Shown: positions 60,902 to 64,000 of the stretch, piece by piece
Position numbering within the stretch: position 1 is the first letter of the stretch
How the letters are laid out: every line of letters begins with the position of its first letter
From: a virus
Direction: 5' to 3' (one strand)
DNA: 64,000 nucleotides
IMG/VR virus record: IMGVR_UViG_3300028558_000001
Coordinates: 1-64,000 of that record
Notes under the pieces: generated by a model
What the model was told of the DNA's origin: nothing
The model's input: the letters and a program-made list of their open reading frames with translations, nothing else
Databases searched by the model: none
Made by a program: the position numbers and the translations under genes

Positions 60902-61692
60902 AGGTCACTCATAATTGTTATAATACCAAAATTATCCGTCGCTTTGATATTTGCTTGTGGAATAGAATTTGCAACTAAAGTAGTTGGATTGCCATTAGCA
61001 TCCAATCCGGGTTCAGTTGTCATAGTGAATACTTCTGAATTATCATCAGCTAGATATACATTAGATTCAATGAACTTGATAATCTTCTGTGTTCTTACTG
61101 GCCCATAGAGTGCCGCCTTAAGAGTAAAGTTTAGGGTCCAAATGATAACCTGTTTATCAGAAAACACTTCTGATGTTGTATTCTCTAATTCAATACCATC
61201 ATAGATGATTGGAACATCTACCGTAACACCCATTTCTGGAATAAGATTACATGTGACTGTATATTCTGGTTCAAAGAATGGCAGAATTTGTTCTACAATT
61301 TTAGTACCGTCACTCATATTCTTTACATAAACATAGAGTTTTAATCGTATGTTATATGGAACAGGAGAAAACTGATAGCTCATTGAATTAGGATCAGCGG
61401 TCATAATGGCGCGTCTATTGGTTGAAACGCCTTTGCGATCACCATCATAAGCTATTGAAACTATTTCGTAGGACATTCTTGGGAGAGTAATTGCCGCCTG
61501 TCTATCTAGGTTGGGGTCTTGCTCGTCTCTAACCAACATCTTTTCTTTGTTGGCAAAAGATAATGGAACAGTAATAGCTTGTGTTTCAGTATTAGAAATA
61601 CTTCTAGTAATTTGAATATCAGAAAACAATGCTCCGAAAAGAGACATGTATTTTCTTAAAAGATCGAAACCAAATGGTGCGTTGCTTAACAT
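60898..61692 (-). CDS. gp15: Tail sheath stabiliser / terminator (T4 gp15-like)
   Basis: FGALFSDI, VPLSF..KEK, LPRMSYE, EQILPFF.P. Confidence 0.92.
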   Translation of the reverse strand: MLSNAPFGFDLLRKYMSLFGALFSDIQITRSISNTETQAITVPLSFANKEKMLVRDEQDPNLDRQAAITLPRMSYEIVSIAYDGDRKGVSTNRRAIMTADPNSMSYQFSPVPYNIRLKLYVYVKNMSDGTKIVEQILPFFEPEYTVTCNLIPEMGVTVDVPIIYDGIELENTTSEVFSDKQVIIWTLNFTLKAALYGPVRTQKIIKFIESNVYLADDNSEVFTMTTEPGLDANGNPTTLVANSIPQANIKATDNFGIITIMSDL

Positions 61693-62420
61693 TAGTGTTC
61701 AATTTCTCCAAATGGATTATCTTCTGTGAATACAACAAACGTATCTGCTTCTTTAAGTAATTCTTCATTATCTGCAAGTGGATCAATATGGATAAGATCA
61801 TATAGTTCGGAGATAATATAGTTTCCATCTTCGTCAGTCATTAGACCTCCGACTTCGTTTTCAACGGCATAAGCTAGCTCATCAGTTGTAAACTTCTGTT
61901 CAAGAATATCAATAGCAGGAATACCAGTATTGAAAGTTTCATTTGAATATTCAAATAATTCACATGTAAGTCTATATGAATATAGAGTACCTAGTTCATA
62001 GAAGATTTCTCTGTTATCAGTAAATTTGATCTGAAATAACTTCTGGTGAATTGGAAGGAAGATTAAATCTCCTTCCATTGGTCTAGAGATAGAATAAGGT
62101 GTACCGATAACTGTTTTGAATCTATCAATGGATACTGCTAGTGTAATCTGTGATCTAACTTGCATACCAAACTTGGAATAGATCGTATCTTGTGGAGCGT
62201 TATTGAAACCTGAAATAGATTCGATAAGCATTTCAATTGTGATTGGCGTATCATAGACTGACTGATCATCTGTAAAATAGATTTGATCGAAATTCTGTAG
62301 GTTTCTAGGAATATAGATTACATCTTGTCCGTAAATTTGAATCATTTCATCTACAAGGCTTTGGACCAAGCCTTGTTCAGAAGCATATGTAGTTTGATTA
62401 AAGTACGGATTAACTGTCAT
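61692..62420 (-). CDS. gp14: Neck protein (T4 gp14-like)
   Basis: NPYF, EMIQIYG.D..YIPR, SKFG, RP.EGDLI, ELFEYS.E, NPFG. Confidence 0.92.
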   Translation of the reverse strand: MTVNPYFNQTTYASEQGLVQSLVDEMIQIYGQDVIYIPRNLQNFDQIYFTDDQSVYDTPITIEMLIESISGFNNAPQDTIYSKFGMQVRSQITLAVSIDRFKTVIGTPYSISRPMEGDLIFLPIHQKLFQIKFTDNREIFYELGTLYSYRLTCELFEYSNETFNTGIPAIDILEQKFTTDELAYAVENEVGGLMTDEDGNYIISELYDLIHIDPLADNEELLKEADTFVVFTEDNPFGEIEH

Positions 62421-63142
62421 TAAATATATTTCCAGTTTTTAAATCGTTCTGTTTTACTATTTAACCTACACGTAATGGTTCTAGGAGTAACATTATATAC
62501 TTTGGCTGCATCAATAAGTAGTTGATATTCTACTTCATCAATAATAAATGGCTTTGATTTAATTACTTTATTTCTATACTCTGGATTTTCCCATAACTTT
62601 TTAGTATTATTACGGTGAACTTCTTTTAACTCACTTGAATCTTTATCAAGCCAAGTTTGTCTGTTTTCAACTGGAGATTTTTCTTCCCAATATTTGATCA
62701 TAGCTTCTCTATGGCTGCGAGCGCCATCATCCGACTTTTTATAAATCCTAGTTTTAAGACCTTCTTTATATTTTTCTTTTACTTCTGGCCTTTGCATGGC
62801 TTCCTTCGTTTTTTTAGAAATCTTTTCTTTAATAGTTAGAGCTTTATTTTCATCAGTAGTCCAACGTGCTACAGTTGTGTGTAAATTGTAGTATCTTACT
62901 TTTATCTCTTCTTTTTTAACCATATTAAGGTAATATTGTTCTTTTTCAAACAGGTCTTTTTTATTAGTATATATTCTAATAATAATACGTCTTTTAAAAT
63001 CATCTGGTCTTCTTTTATAGGAAGCTTTCATCCATCTAGAAGAACAAATATATCCATCATCTTCTGTTCCCCAATGACAACCTACATAATATCTCTTATG
63101 TTTTCGGTCGAACCAGATGTAAACGAAACCATATTTTTCCAT
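62420..63142 (-). CDS. Free-standing GIY-YIG (Seg-like) homing endonuclease
   Basis: GFVY...YYVG.H...GYICSS, E-Q and YYN motifs; basic C-terminal DNA-binding region; inserted between gp13 and gp14. Confidence 0.85.
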   Translation of the reverse strand: MEKYGFVYIWFDRKHKRYYVGCHWGTEDDGYICSSRWMKASYKRRPDDFKRRIIIRIYTNKKDLFEKEQYYLNMVKKEEIKVRYYNLHTTVARWTTDENKALTIKEKISKKTKEAMQRPEVKEKYKEGLKTRIYKKSDDGARSHREAMIKYWEEKSPVENRQTWLDKDSSELKEVHRNNTKKLWENPEYRNKVIKSKPFIIDEVEYQLLIDAAKVYNVTPRTITCRLNSKTERFKNWKYI

Positions 63143-63150
63143 AAAATTTT

Positions 63151-63182
63151 CTCCTGTAATTGTTTCTACAGAAGTATTTATG
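63151..63182 (-). promoter_or_regulatory. Late promoter plus SD-sequestering hairpin of the homing endonuclease
   Basis: CATAAATA-CTTCTGTA-GAAACAAT-TACAGGAG. Confidence 0.7.
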
Positions 63183-63197
63183 GTAAAAGTGTACCCC

Positions 63198-63956
63198 TCA
63201 GCCTATATAAACACCCATAGGAGCAAAGTATGTTTCTCTCATTTCCTTTTCAAGCTTTTCCTGTTCAATAACAGCTTCATCATAAATCTGCTTACCATTG
63301 AAAGTAATACCAGAAGGAAGAGTCATTGGACCGTACTTAGATGTATTAGTTCCGTATTGCTTTTTGATTAGAGCCGTGGCATACTTCTGTAGCCAACGAT
63401 TACCCCAAATTCTAGGATATTCATCTGGATCAATAACGTTATATGCTTCAACCATAATGAAGATACCGGGATTGATACCTGTCCAATCCATATCAATATA
63501 TAGAGTATTCTTAAATCTATTGTATCTTACTGGCTTCTCACCAACTAGAATCTGTTCTAGGAATTCTAGTCTTGATAGAGCCATGTAATATGGAACCATT
63601 GAGACAGATGTTAGATTATGAAGATCGTTTAACATGATCTGATAATGTAGGGAGAACATGTTATTAGTACTCATTTCCAAATCAATTGGGAAAATGCGTA
63701 CTGCCCCGACAAAGTTATCAGGGAGAGTAATGTACTTGTTATCAATATCTTGTTGTGTTAGACAATATGCATAATACGTCTGTTCTGTACCATCATAATG
63801 AAAGTCAGTGAAGTAATTTAGGGCTTCGTCAATTCTATCATCCAACTGATTAGCCAAATCAACTGTATCACCTTGAATGTTGATTTGTAGAACTGGCGCA
63901 CCTAATGCTCTTAGGCAATATGCTGCAAATTCATCCCTTGAGGTAGGTACTGCCAT
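63198..63956 (-). CDS. gp13: Neck protein (T4 gp13-like)
   Basis: YCLRALGAPV..IN, IDEAL..F..FHYDG, WLQKYATALIK.Q.G.N..KY. Confidence 0.93.
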   Translation of the reverse strand: MAVPTSRDEFAAYCLRALGAPVLQINIQGDTVDLANQLDDRIDEALNYFTDFHYDGTEQTYYAYCLTQQDIDNKYITLPDNFVGAVRIFPIDLEMSTNNMFSLHYQIMLNDLHNLTSVSMVPYYMALSRLEFLEQILVGEKPVRYNRFKNTLYIDMDWTGINPGIFIMVEAYNVIDPDEYPRIWGNRWLQKYATALIKKQYGTNTSKYGPMTLPSGITFNGKQIYDEAVIEQEKLEKEMRETYFAPMGVYIG

Positions 63957-64000
63957 GTCTTATTCCTTACTTAATGATGAGCACATAATTGGAAATGCAT

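Noticed and set aside
62420-63142. Homing endonuclease as part of an intron or intein
   Set aside because: gp13 and gp14 are both intact and the endonuclease is a separate ORF with its own SD and promoter.

Overview
This window is part of a large AT-rich T4-superfamily (myovirus) phage genome. An alphaproteobacterial host is inferred only, from GANTC clustering. Layout: (1) 1.1-13.0 kb, + strand, late tail-fibre/adhesin module with three paralogous glycine-rich proteins, a beta-helix protein and two fibre-assembly paralogs. (2) 13.0-25.2 kb, - strand, NAD salvage genes (nadV and nadM-Nudix), a glycosyltransferase-like gene and many small ORFs. (3) 25.25-27.3 kb, a 2-kb gene-free divergence region with promoters, an 11-bp tandem repeat, a DnaA box, IHF-like sites, a dense GANTC cluster and a ~700-nt highly base-paired RNA candidate. 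(4) 27.3-58.3 kb, + strand early/accessory region with a UvrD-like helicase, M28 peptidase, DUF932-like protein, NADAR, RNA ligase 2, a nucleotidyltransferase-like enzyme and an AAA ATPase. (5) 58.3-64 kb, - strand, gp13, a GIY-YIG homing endonuclease, gp14, gp15, gp16 and gp17. The strongest unexplained signal is about 20 covarying two-tier hairpins, one at almost every gene junction from 27.8 to 34.7 kb. Many carry a second, mutually exclusive hairpin just before the ribosome-binding site, suggesting a system that cuts the early transcript into protected single-gene mRNAs. Other leads are two inverted copies of an antisense-promoter plus GNA-hairpin element 27 kb apart, five paralogs with a W-x-S-S-S-x-x-C-like motif beside a nucleotidyltransferase-like gene, an unannotated ArfA-like ORF with an internal terminator hairpin, and paired GGAGU-loop hairpins on both NAD-salvage leaders. 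All protein family calls are from motif recognition by eye; no searches were run.
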